A stretch of 64,000 bases of DNA from Dudresnaya verticillata. Its lineage: Eukaryota. The notes beneath the pieces are model-generated. The model was not told where the DNA came from and made no database searches. It saw only the letters and a program-made list of their open reading frames with translations. The translations under genes were made by a program, and so were the position numbers. This document shows, one piece after another, positions 50,454-62,365 of this stretch. Within the stretch, counting starts at the first letter, position 1; each line of letters begins with the position of its first letter. Location: contig OZ374557.1 of the NCBI GenBank assembly GCA_977862235.1, positions 186,001 through 250,000 of the forward strand. Direction: 5' to 3'.

Positions 50454-51389
50454 ATACCAACACCGTTCCATGCCATACCACGTGCATCCATGTGGTCCAA
50501 TCAGATCGTTCCACTTGGCCGTTCCTGTTATAGCCGCCAATTCCAGCACAACATTTGTACGCCATATAGACCATGGAGGCGGTTTGGAACAACCAATCAG
50601 AAGGCCGTTTCACGTTGCTTTTGCAAGAGGCCTAAATGCGCCGTGATTTTGGAAGCCCGGAAAAAGGACTGTCGTCTCCGGAAGGTTTCGTGACAGCGTG
50701 CCAGGGTGTTATCTGGGGTGCTTGACCCGTGACGTGAGGCGCCAGCGACCATGTCCTCAGCAATTTTGATGAAGGGCAGGGGTGGCCCAGGGCAGGGCAA
50801 GGGCCATAGGAAAATTCGGGTTAAAATGTGTTACAGAAATTCCGAAAGTTGGAAAGTTTCGGGAACGTTTCGCTCGCCACACAAAAAGCGGAGAAACTCC
50901 TATAACTTCCGAACGAAACGTTCGTTTACAAAACCGTTTTCACCGCTGAACTCATCTTACTCTCCCCTTCCTAACACACGGAAGAAATATCCGTTCTGAA
51001 AAATCTGTGAGGCACAACAAATTCTGAAACATCGGAAAACAAGGTTTGTGGTAGAATTGCTGTCCATTTGTAGCAATTCGTAGCAATAGTTGCTCGTTAG
51101 AGCACCAAATCCACCTATGCCGCAGCCTTAGGGGACAATTTCTGAGCCGTCGCCATTAACGTCTCGCAGAGTATTGTATCCTATACTGGGATTGGATCTA
51201 TCACACATGTGAATTTAAACGAGGCAGTAATGCTGCCAGTATGTCGCAGAAGGGCAATTTCAGTTCCCCTGGTCTTACGAAAACAGAATGGGCCGGATGG
51301 AAACTCCACTCTTTTCGAAACACAATAGCAAACAATTTGCCTCCCGAGGGCAGTAAGGCGATCGAGCGGTAGCTTGCCGAGGCGGACAT

Positions 51390-52133
51390 TGTGGTGCAAT
51401 GGCCGTACGCGGCTGGAGAGCACCCCGAGAGTTCGGACTCAGGAGGGTAGCTGCGCGATCACGCGTGAATGTCGCATGCACGTGGTGATAGAGCTAGGAA
51501 ATAACCCGGCGGCGGACTGTAGACACCGCCGGGCTGTGCGCGGGTGTGAAGGCCAAAAGTAGGTGTAAGCACCAGTGAAGGGGCGTAGACGCCAAAAGGG
51601 GAAGGCTGGCTACAAGGGGTATTGGTTGAAGGGCAAGATATAGGACAACGAAGGGAGCCGAGCGCGGCGCAGGGAGAAGCAGAAGGGAGTGTTCGCGTAT
51701 GGAGCGTCGGGCAGGCGGTTGGCAGCAGTTGCGCTAGCCTTAGCCCGCGGTGACGCCGAGCAACGAGCTCGTGGGTCAGGCGCGGGGGAACTCAGCTGCA
51801 GAGCCCATGCTTAGGGTTGGGTTACTGAGGATGGCCGGCGCTACTCGCCTTAAGTCCCTGGCCAGGACGCTAGGATAGCTAGGGCTACCATACACTACGT
51901 ACAATAAACTAACACTGACACCTCAGTGTACCTAGCATACACTGAGTGTCGATACTGTAAAGGGAAATGTAAGTAATAGGATCGCGCGCGGGCAGGCCCA
52001 GAATGGGCTGGGCGCGTCCGAACTGGGCCGATGTGGCCGCGTGTGCTACCTAACAAGCACACGTGTGTACGTCTTCGCGAATAACGCGCTGATCACGTGG
52101 TAACACGAAGATGGGCAATATCGTTGCACTACA
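51390..52133 (-). repeat. 3' LTR of element G (744 bp)
   Basis: TGTGGTGCAA...TTGCACTACA; followed by the PPT complement CTTCCCCCCTCC (52134-52145). Confidence 0.82.
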
Positions 52134-55100
52134 CTTCCCCCCTCCTAAGCGCAGAACACGGGAAGGCATATCGCTGCCTAGCCTGGCCGCTGAGAGTAAA
52201 TGAATGATTTTTCCAGTTGCCTGGAGCATATTATGCACTTCTGCCGAAGTGGTCCAAAATAAAGGACCGAGCGGTCCCCGACTTGGACCGATCGGAACCC
52301 AGGGGACACACTAGCCGGACCAGTGTAAACATTACCGCAGCCGTCGTCATTGGGGTTGATGGGGCCCCACTAGGGGTCGCCACGGCCTCTCTGGTAACTA
52401 TGCAGCCCTCCTTTGTTTGTGTCTCATACAGAGCTCGTGTATGAAACATGTAGGCTGTCGTGCGAGTTAACTCGTAATTGAGTGCTTTAGACGAAAAGCG
52501 GGCAAGCCAAACGTGCAAAGCTGAAAGCTTCCGAGGCCGCTCGCCGCAACTGTGCACCACGTTCGTGTTCACACGCTTTCTTCGCGTGCAAGCGCGCTTG
52601 CACACGTGCAAAAACGGGTTAACCCGACTTGTGGCACCTCCGTCCCATTCCTTCCGAAGGGATATTGCGCTATTCGGACGTGAGTCCGCCGCGCTGCAGC
52701 TCCGGCGGCGTCCGCAATACGGGAAAGCCCGACTGGCGACTGCCAAGCATGTATGAACACAGACCGAAGGTGTCAACACCAACCGTGGCCCCTGTGCAGG
52801 ACTGTGCGGCCCGCGGCGAAAGTGGTCTGCCACATCGAATTGCGTATTTGCATCGCTCGGGGCGTTCTTCAACGTCTTCGGCGTTGAGCCGGGGCTCGTA
52901 CGCGTACTCGGGTACGCGTACGTGAATGCGGCTTTCCGCACGAGTGGGGCTTTCCCCTGCAACCCAGCATTGTGCGGTTTGGGGAAAGGCGGTTAACCGA
53001 GATACTGCTGCGTTCAGCACAACCCGGCCTGTGAGACACGGCGAAAATGGTTAACCCACAGGCACCCACGAGGCAAGGGATGCGCGGTTGCTTGAGGCGC
53101 TGACGCCATGTCGACAGAGCTGCCATAATACGGGGCGTTCCCCTTGCGAAAATGCCCGCAGCGAATGCAGCTGCGCTGCATTTGGGTGTTAACACCTTTG
53201 TGAGCTGTGAAACGCATAAGACTCGGGGATTTTCGCGACCCTGAAAGCGGAATACAGCAATAAAGTTCATGTTCACATGTTAATGTTGGAGGTCCGTGTC
53301 GCAGATCGGTCGACCGATACAGCGCCCGTATAATATTCACCATTTTCTCGCGTTAACGCGTTTTGGCGACGATGTACGTCATCCCCTTGATTTTGTCACC
53401 TTAACAGGGCAGTAGAACGTCCCTGGCACTGGAAGCAGCGCAAATCCTTCACGCCGGTTCAGGACCGTTATGGCTAAATCGGGTCATATTATACGAAACA
53501 TGAGTAGCGTGAGGGGGAAGGAAGACGAAAATATTGGAAGTCCCCTTCGCGCCCACAATCGATTTAACTCGTCTAGGGGTACTGCAAAGTACCTCAAACG
53601 TGATTATTGCGAATGACAATGGCGTGAGCGCCCAAGCGGCAACTGCGTTTTGAAACCAGATGGCTCTAGCAATAGCCGTCGGGTGCAACCCGAGTTGGGA
53701 AACCAAAAAAGGTTATCCCCAATTCATGGCGCATTCGCCTATTGTCCTCGGCGACTGCATGGCTGCGGCCCTGGTGAGCCTGGGGATGACCCATTCCGAC
53801 TCAAGGACATAAGGTGGTAACACCGCCGGTGGGTCAACCCGGACATCGAGCGGAAACGCACACGCCATTCGGGAAGCAAAAATGATTTCCCGAATTGGCC
53901 TGCTGGAGGATGTTCCTTGTGCTCACCCACTGGGGATATCCCCTGATCTGGCTGTTTTCGGCTATGGCCTGTTAGGCCTAAGATCGGTTTCGGGGATAAC
54001 CCGTCGGAGACTTAGTCGCCACCCAACTTTGCGTCGACGACGCATGTCTGGAAATATTCCCTGGGTTCAAGGGAGGCCGCTGCCAAATTCTTGCACCTGA
54101 TTGGCCAAACGTATTTGGCACCAGAGCGGCGGCCAATCCCAGCCTGAAGTGTGGCGTACAGTACCCAGCCTCCGGCACGGGCTGTGCCTGAATGAATTCA
54201 CGTCTAAGTCCCAGGATGGTCGTTCTTCGGAAAACTTCCTGCTCGAGCATGCGGTGCCACGAGTCACTTTGGCCCCCCGCTCGAGCAGGTGAATGGCTGA
54301 TCTCTAATGGTGCATATGCACGCTTCGGAGTCAACGCCATATCAACAGCGCCATACGCATCGGCCGTGCGCCCAGCATCACTGAGAGTTGCCGCTCCGCC
54401 TGCATATGAGTGGGGAGTCCCAAACGTCGTCGTCCTATCCCGTATGTCGGAAGCCGCGAGTGTGCTAACACCCAACTTCCTATCGGGATATCCCGTTGCT
54501 TCGGCCGGTGATCTGGGTGGCTGTGGGGCTGAGTGGCAGCCCTTCTTGGGAGAGGGTGTCTGTTCACTCTCGCCCGCCCGTGCGACTTGCGCGTATGTCG
54601 GATCGGAGGGGATTTTCCCCTATATACGTCGGTTAACCGCCATTCCTCCGAACGCGTGCTCAATTCCGAAGAAATGAAGTGGTGATCCACAACCGCGGAG
54701 GCGAGCCCTCATACTTTGGCCGTGGGGGCAGACGCTGACGAGGATAGAGTAGCGTGATCGCTTTTCAATTGGGTGAGCCCATCGTGACATCGCGTTAACG
54801 CGTAAGTCTGGTCTTGTTGAAGACCCAAACCTAGTGGTGACTCCACTCTGACACTCCGGTAATCGAACCCGTCGAGGGTAGACCCGTCACACGAGATGCC
54901 TCGAACGCGGGGTAATCCCATTTCGTCGAAGTAATCCACGAGAGAGAGCCCCTCATCCGAGCGCTTGCTCGGGTGAGAGGCCAGCGTGCCCACGACTTGT
55001 TGAGGAGAAGGCCTTTGCCGGCAAGTGCCGAGGTTGGTGACAAGCACCATGACTGGCACCCCTGGCTCGACCTGAACCAAGCCGGGCTCAACAGAGCACG

Positions 55101-55290
55101 ACTGGTCGCGGTCGAGCCGGGGGTGGGGTGTAAGCATCTGGAGCCCATGACGCTTGGTCGTTACCTCGACCCGAGTTGTTGATTGCGTAAGCAACGGGAC
55201 AGGGCGTGTGACCCACACCTTTGGCGAGGTGCGCCCACGAAGCGGAATGAACTCTAAAGATTCCCGAAGGGGCGGTCCCCTGCGCGTGCA
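51390..55290 (-). mobile_element. Gypsy derivative 'G': 3' LTR + PPT + internal region with PR-RT linker but no recognisable RT/IN; 5'-truncated
   Basis: LTR and PPT at the left end. ORF 54709-55293 matches the PR-RT linker of E (GLVQVEPGVPVMVLVTNLG...QVVG). Continuity of the whole span is inferred. Confidence 0.6.
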
Positions 55291-57288
55291 CAAGCCGTTT
55301 CAGGTGATGCTGGCAAACTGGGGACGAAAGGCGGTCTTATTACCAAAGGGTACCGTAGTCGGCTATGCCGTCCGTCACCCTATGGGAATCCTGACACCAC
55401 ACAGACAGAGCGTGGAGAATATGGCTAATTTTCTTGGGTTCACTCCTCTGGTGGATCAGAATAGTAATCAAGTAGAAGTAGAAGAAGGTGGCCATGAAAA
55501 GGATTACCCTTCGGAACCAAAGGTACCCCGGAAAAAGGAGAAGAATGGCGGGATAAGATCAAGCTAGACCATATCCCGGAGAAGAAGCAACGCGAGAAGA
55601 TAATGGCCATTCTAGAGAAACACAGTGGAATGTGGGATGGTTCCTTGGGACACATCATGGCTGCCGAACATCGAATAGACTTGGAAGATGGAACATGGCC
55701 AGTAGGAGCGATGCCCTGGCGACAAGGGCCAGCGTTACGCGCAATTGCAGATGCCGACATTAAGAAAAGTTGGAGGCCGGAGTGATAGAGCCATCGCATG
55801 GCTAATGGGCTTCGCCAATGGTTATGGTATGGAAAAAGGATGGTACCCTCCGCTTCTGTGTCGACTACCGCCGGCTCAATGCGAATACGGTTGGCCACGC
55901 ATATCCGTTTCCGCGCATGGATGATTGTATAGATTCCCTTGGAGATGCGGCCGTATTTTCTAACTTGGACTGTAACTCCTGTTATTGGCAAATACCAGTG
56001 GCCGAAGAGGGTAAAGATAAGACGGCCTTCACCTCCCGCTTGGGAATATTCCGTTACAATCGGATGCTATTTGGGCTGAAGAATGCACCGGCCACATCAC
56101 AGCGCGCGCTTGACATAGTTCTTTCTGGGGTCCGATGGCGGATATGTCTCATCCACCTGGACGATGTTATCGTGTTCTCCAAGAATGTGGAAGATCACTT
56201 GGGCCACCTGGACGAGGTACTAACCCTATTGAAGTCGGCCGGTATTACGTTGAAGTTGAAGAAGTGTTACTTCTTCCAGGCCAAAGTGGATAATTTGGCC
56301 CATGTGGTGACTCCCGGAAAACTAAGTATGGCCATGAAGGGGACGAAGGCTATCCAAGAGGCAGCGTTTCCAGGTACCCTAACGGAACTTCGATCCTTCT
56401 GAGGGGCCTGCAATGTCTACCGAAGGTTCGTGGCCAAATATTCTACAATATCAGGGCCACTCCCGCGCATGTTGTGCAAAGATGCTGAACCGGACTTCGA
56501 ACAGCCGACAGAAGACCAGCTCCAAAGCTTCGGACAACTTAAGGCCGCGCTAGTTCCACCACCGATTCTGGCCTTACCTCGATACGGACGGCCATATGCC
56601 ATCGAAACAGATGCCAGCGCTTAGCAAATCGGATGTGTCTTACTCCAAAAACAAGAGAACGAGACTTTTCATCCCGAGGGATATTGGTCTCGCTCCTTGG
56701 ATTCGGCCGAAAGAAACTATTTGGCCACGGAACGCGCGAATGTTTGTCTGTAGTGTGGGCCATTACATCATTACGGCCATATGTTGAAGGTACGAGGTTC
56801 ACGGTCCGCACGGACCATGACGCCCTTCGTTGGTTGATGTCACTCACTGATTCGTCTAGCCGTCTTACAAGATGGAGATTACGTCTGGCTGGGTTCTATT
56901 TTGTGATTGAGCATAAGCCGGGACGCAAGAACCAAGTCCCCGATGCCCTGTCCCGACTGACGGCCCCGCAATAAAGCGGAGATGTACGGCCAATACATGA
57001 TACTTTACCTGTATTGGACGGTACCTCCACTATTCTCACGACTACGCGGGCAAGGAGAAATCGAGAAGCAGCTGCTATGCCAATAGAGATGAACGAGAAG
57101 ACGATGTGGGCGCATGGGAAGAAGAATATGTTATGGCCGATTACACCGATTACGGACGAGCTGAGGCGCATAACCGAGCACAGGTGCAGGCGAAAGCGTT
57201 AGAGAAGCTCCCGGCTCCATTAACACAGGCCAGGATTATTGATGGCCAAAAACGAGATGACTTCTGCGAAACCATCCTTGCCACGAGG
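55291..57288 (+). pseudogene. pol: Second E-family pol fragment (E'; linker, RT, RNase H), truncated at both ends
   Basis: Nucleotide-level colinear with 41255-43258; HLDDVIVFS, RTDHDALRWLMSL; several stops and frameshifts. Confidence 0.93.
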
Positions 57289-58119
57289 AACGCAGATTTC
57301 CGGGTTTTCAGAGTATGTGTTCCAAATCAGACTGAAACATGTTCGTAGAATGTTGATTTTTATGTGACTGGACGGGGAAGAGGGATCTAGGAAGGATGGT
57401 GGAATCCGTTTTGCAATAGCATGCGCGGTTGCGGAGTTATAGCATGCCGCATATACGGGTAAAATGCCCCGAAACTTTCGTGAAAGTTTCGAAACTTTTG
57501 TAATTTCCGAATTAAAATTTACCCAGAAATTTCACTGCCGCCTGCTGTCCTCTCGGGCGCGCCTGGCAGCGCACCGACGCTCGTGCTCCAGCACGCTTGG
57601 CCCCGCTCGCCGCATCCCCGGCCCGCCCTGAGCTGTGATCAAGGGTACAGTACCGCCCCCCCCACGACTGGTACTGCTTGACTGCCAGGGTAAATCTGGG
57701 GTAAACCAGTCGTGCGCGGCGCTCACGCACTCACGTGCTGGTACCAGTACCACCGCTTCCGATGCCCACCATTTCACTCCGAGTCCAGTGCGGCGCCCCT
57801 CGCGCAGCACCTCCTCCCCACATGGCATATTAAATCGGGCAGCAACCTCAACACGCCCCGCCACTGCCAATATCCCCACCCCGCCGCGCCCGTACGAATA
57901 GGTGGCTCCCTCTTCCATCTACCACCCGCCCTCAATGCGACCTCCATTTGCGCCGCCATGCGCGCCAGCAAGTCCACCAGTCCGGAGACTACGCCATCAT
58001 GACCACGCGTAAACGGTAGGTTTCCCTGGCTATGTAGAACGCCACGTCTTGGCTTTTCATCACCATGGACGGCTCAAGTGCGTTACTGCTGCCGCCTATG
58101 TGACATGGGATGCCTTTTA

Positions 58120-59690
58120 GCGTTGTGTCCCATTTATCGGGCCAGTTGCGGGTGTCCCAGTTGCACATTTTGTGCTTGATGAGTTCATGCGTGAGCAGGC
58201 TGGGCGTGCTGTAGGGTACGAGGCGTCAGAAGCCTTCCAGGACTGCACACAGAACGGCTCCACTGGTTCAGAGCGACAGGTAACCAGAAGTCTCCAGGAG
58301 AAGCGAGGAAGCGCGGTCAAGCCGTTGCAGAGGGCTTGCGCCTGCGACGGCCTTTTCAGTGCATGGGTAGTGCCAATAGTGATGGTGCAAGTCACAAGAT
58401 GCGTTGTTTTACAGTGATCTGTTTCCTAACTGGGTAAAGGTCTACCGTAGCCAGAGGTACCAGGTCTTCTTTTCTGCGGTTAGTAGGATTCGTTATGTCG
58501 AAAGGTTAGGAGCCGTCGCAGATGTGCCCACGACAGAGATACCTGCCATGATGCGCGCAGGCATCTGCCATGGGCCTTTGCAAATACATCTAAAGCCTGA
58601 GAAGAAGGCAGCTATTAATGGGGTATATGTTCTTCGCTGGGAAGAGAATATGGGAGCAGGTTCACCTACCGAAATGGTCGGCAAGGGCGTGAAGCGCATC
58701 CGGCATGACCCAACTCTATCCCAACACGTGGATAAGCTCATGCGGCAATTCACAGAAAGGCAATAGCTGCTTTTGTTCAGCCTTCTCGAATTCAGAAAGC
58801 AGCAGAAGCACAACAACTGGGTTCATCTTACGGGGGAAATCGTAGCTGCCCATAAACTCCGCGTACAGTTGGGCTTTTGTAGCTTGCGTCAAGTAATACT
58901 CTAGTTACAACCACAGCAGTCTCATTTGTCGGAGCTTAGCGTCAGTTCCGATACTGCAGCCGAAACCGTCATGGTTGGTCGGGAAACATCAGATATTAGC
59001 ATCCTTAGTTACGCACGCGACACGGACCCATTCGGAACGAATCATCTGCGCCACTTCTGGCAATCGCGGCACATACCACTACTACCCGTTTCCCATCGCT
59101 GAGGAGATCAACAAAGAAACAGGTTTCCATGAACTTGCTGCTCTTCTCGCATGTCGAGCGGAATAGCCAACTAGTAAACTGGTACGCAGATTCGGCCCGA
59201 GCTAATGAGAGCCAATTTGGGCGAAAATAGATAGGAAGCGCCCTTTCTCCCATTCGGGAAAACACGGACATGAACGAGCGCATGAATCAGGTGCAAGATG
59301 AGGAACCTTCCGATATTGAATGACTGCAGGATTCCATAGAGCGGTTTGCGGAACTTTGTTCCGCGTTGGAACCGGGAATTCCATTACTCAATCACCGCTT
59401 TCAGTGCACTGCACCTCCATGGGGGAACCCACTAGCCACTGAGCTGAGCATTTTAATGCGTATCACTATTACACCGAACGTCAAGCTACCTTTCATCATC
59501 CCTCCTCTTCGTGCAGACGCATGGATTGCGGAGCCGAAATGAAACTTCCTTAGACTGAAGATGGGACGCACGAAGTCGGAGGATGCCGAGCGATACCGAG
59601 TCAATATTCTAGCGCTTGTTTCACAAGTTCATGACACACTCGCCGCAGCAGCCCCCTCGTGGATAGCATCGCGACTGAAGACAAGCACGA
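58120..59690 (+). pseudogene. Decayed coding remnant of unknown function, possibly related to 16560-17990
   Basis: Protein-like ORF pieces 58172-58417, 58404-58766 and 58975-59166; motif ERYRVNILALV at ~59590. Confidence 0.35.
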
Positions 59691-59817
59691 AGTGAGTTTA
59701 CAGAAGACGTAAGGTTAACTTTCCATTCTGTCTCAGTAGATTTACACACCTAGATTTACACCTTCTCAGTACTCTATCTATTCTTTGATCTTAAGCTGTC
59801 TGTGGGCGTGAAATGTT

Positions 59818-60060
59818 GTGGATGCTACTGTTTGTGAGGACCTAACCTACGGTCACAACATAATAGTGGCCGTCAATTGCGTTCAGGCAACCAAGCAATG
59901 TCCTTTCTATGTGGCAGAAGTGATGGACATTGTGAAAGGAGACGATGAGAAGCGTTTTAAATTCTTGTTGGGGTGGTATGAAGCAAAGCACGGCGGTAAT
60001 GTTTTCAGTGCAGCGTACAAACCTTCGTTCCACAAAACCAGGCGCGGCGTCGAAAAATAA
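59818..60060 (+). pseudogene. C-terminal (BAH-like) fragment of the Sola-like transposase family
   Basis: IVAVN...PFYVAEVMDI...LLGWYE...YKPS aligns with the C-termini of both transposase copies. Confidence 0.55.
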
Positions 60061-61677
60061 TGGGAAGCAGACGTCACTCCGACGCTCCCTTGGATCACAG
60101 TTTGACTATGCCCATAACGGATTCTTGGTACGCAAGTCCCAATTGGATGGTGGCTTGCGGAAGGTGGCGCCAAGCGAACGCCGTGGACGAGTATTGTATT
60201 TATCCCACTACACCCTGATCTACGGTCACCCAGGTGGAATTAAGATGTACTATACACTACGACAGGATTATTACTGGCCTCACATGGCCAATCATGTCTT
60301 CGAATCCGTTCACACATGTCGCTCCTGCGTCAAAACGAAGGCAACCGGCTTTCGGAATCAAAGCTTTATGAAACTTCCCCCGTTAGCGGACCCTTGCGGT
60401 TTGTCGCTATCGACATCCTCGGGCCACTTCCGAAGACAAAACGGGGTTATGTCTACGGTTTGGTTTCAACCGATTGGTTCTCTAAGCTTACGCGCTGCAT
60501 TCCGTTACGGACAACAAGAGCAGTTGTGGTGGCTAAAGCCTTTCTGGAATTTTGGGTGTACGCTTATGGTGAACACCTAGTTGTCCTAACCGATAACGGA
60601 CCGCCGTTTACTTCTAAGTTCTTTGATGCGGTGTGTTCCTTACTCGGAGTCAGGCATCTGCTCACCGCTGCATATCATCCACAGACAAATGGTTAAACTG
60701 AGAGATTTAATAAGACAATCGCCCAGCGTTTGCGCCATTACGTTCAAGGTCATCAATCTGATTGAGATTTGTACCTGCAACCGCTGGTGTATGCATAAAA
60801 CATGCAAGTACACCGTATTACGGAAACGACACCATTTGATTTGGTGCTGATCTGCCACCCATCAGACATTGTTGTACGAGGGGCTCCTGTAGAGCATCAA
60901 GAAACCGTTACGGAAGGGCGTATGACCCCGGTATTACAGAAGCGGGGTACCCTGCGCCGTTCACGGTATGCGCTCCATACAGCGCGCACGAAGCAGACAG
61001 TGTCTCAGCAAAAGGCCAAGGCACTGTTTGACCGAAAGGCGCGCTTTAGGCCCACAATCCGTAGCGGAGATCCAGTGTATGTCAACCCGCCACCTCATAA
61101 CTTGCAGCCTGTAGAACGCCGTGAACGGGACCCATTGGCAGGCAAACCCGATGACGTGGGTGAGGTCGCTCAAGAAATGAAGAAACTCCTTACGAGAGCC
61201 ACGGGGCCCTATGAAATGGAATCTGCAACGGAGCATATGATTACTATCCGCAAGGATGGGGTATGAATCCGAATAAGTATCGATCGCATCACGAAGGTTC
61301 CGATAGCAGTTGCGGTTCATCCGGCACCCTTAACAGTGCCGCCTTTCACGCCAAAAACCATCTACGGAGAAGTAGTGCCACATCCAGGAGGTACTACAGT
61401 TGTACCTACACCGTCAGCGGACATTACACCCTCCGTAGCGGAACCGCTGCAAGCCGATACGGAATATGTGATCGACAAGATTGTCAGTCACCGCGACGAG
61501 CCTACTGAGATGACGTACAAAGTCCGCTGGTAGTGCTGCCCTCCGGAACAGGATACGTATGAGCCCGCTGAGGAGTTACCGCAAAAATGCATTCACCGCT
61601 ATTGGAAACAAAAGAAAAAGACCACCGCTAAGGGAAAGACGCGGCGACGTGTTCCTCAAACACGCCGCGCACCGTAA
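60061..61677 (+). pseudogene. pol: Gypsy integrase + chromodomain fragment 'H'
   Basis: GHPGGIKMYY...CRSC, IDILGPLP, LTDNGPPF, YHPQTNG and GPY. Chromodomain YVIDKIVSH...YKVRW*...DTYEPAEEL. Confidence 0.9.
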
Positions 61678-61730
61678 CGGACGCAGGAGTGCTCGCGGAT
61701 AAGTAAGCACACCGTATTTACTGTACGTTA

Positions 61731-62045
61731 AGAATAACAACCAAACAATCTAGGGAACTAGTCTACCACACGCTACAGACCGGATACGGTGCATCGCTTC
61801 GCGTTTGCAAGTAATGGAAAACACGTTCAAAGAGCCACGGAACACTCAATTAGTGTCTACGTTTGAATGAACCTCCGCTACCATTGGAAGCAATTGCTCC
61901 ACCCTCAGTCAACTCTTTTGAGAGCCGTTCCGAGCGTGCATCTATTGCACTCGTGCTAACCGAAGCAGCCTTTTTGAGGGCCGTTCATCGACGAACACGT
62001 GTGGACTCTAACGGATACAGTGCCGTAAAGGTCTATAATTTGACA
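61731..62045 (+). repeat. 5'-truncated, older LTR of the Copia D family
   Basis: Colinear with 19111-19425 with multiple substitutions; ends TTTGACA. Confidence 0.92.
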
Positions 62046-62365
62046 CAAGGGCCATTTCATAGTTGGACGGCGAGGCAGAGTGCATATATTTCGCAAGGGG
62101 GTGAGAAAAACGGGGGGTATTCTACTTCACTCCGCAGCGTCATGCATAGCGTAAGAGGATATGCAGGGCATCCAAATCGAAAGTAGTCGTGGCAGTGTGG
62201 TAAGTTATGCCACATCAAGGACAATCAGCGTTACTTTATGCCAGCGTTAAGTTATGCCACATCAAGGGCATTCAGGGTAGGTATTGTGTGATTAGCATTC
62301 CGAGGTTCACAACAATTCCCTTCTCCTTCAATCCAGGAGCGTTAAGACTTTAATGGACTATCGTG

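Noticed and set aside
62200..62280. Short direct repeat TAAGTTATGCCACATCAAGG x2
   Set aside because: A small local duplication downstream of the transposase; no further structure seen.
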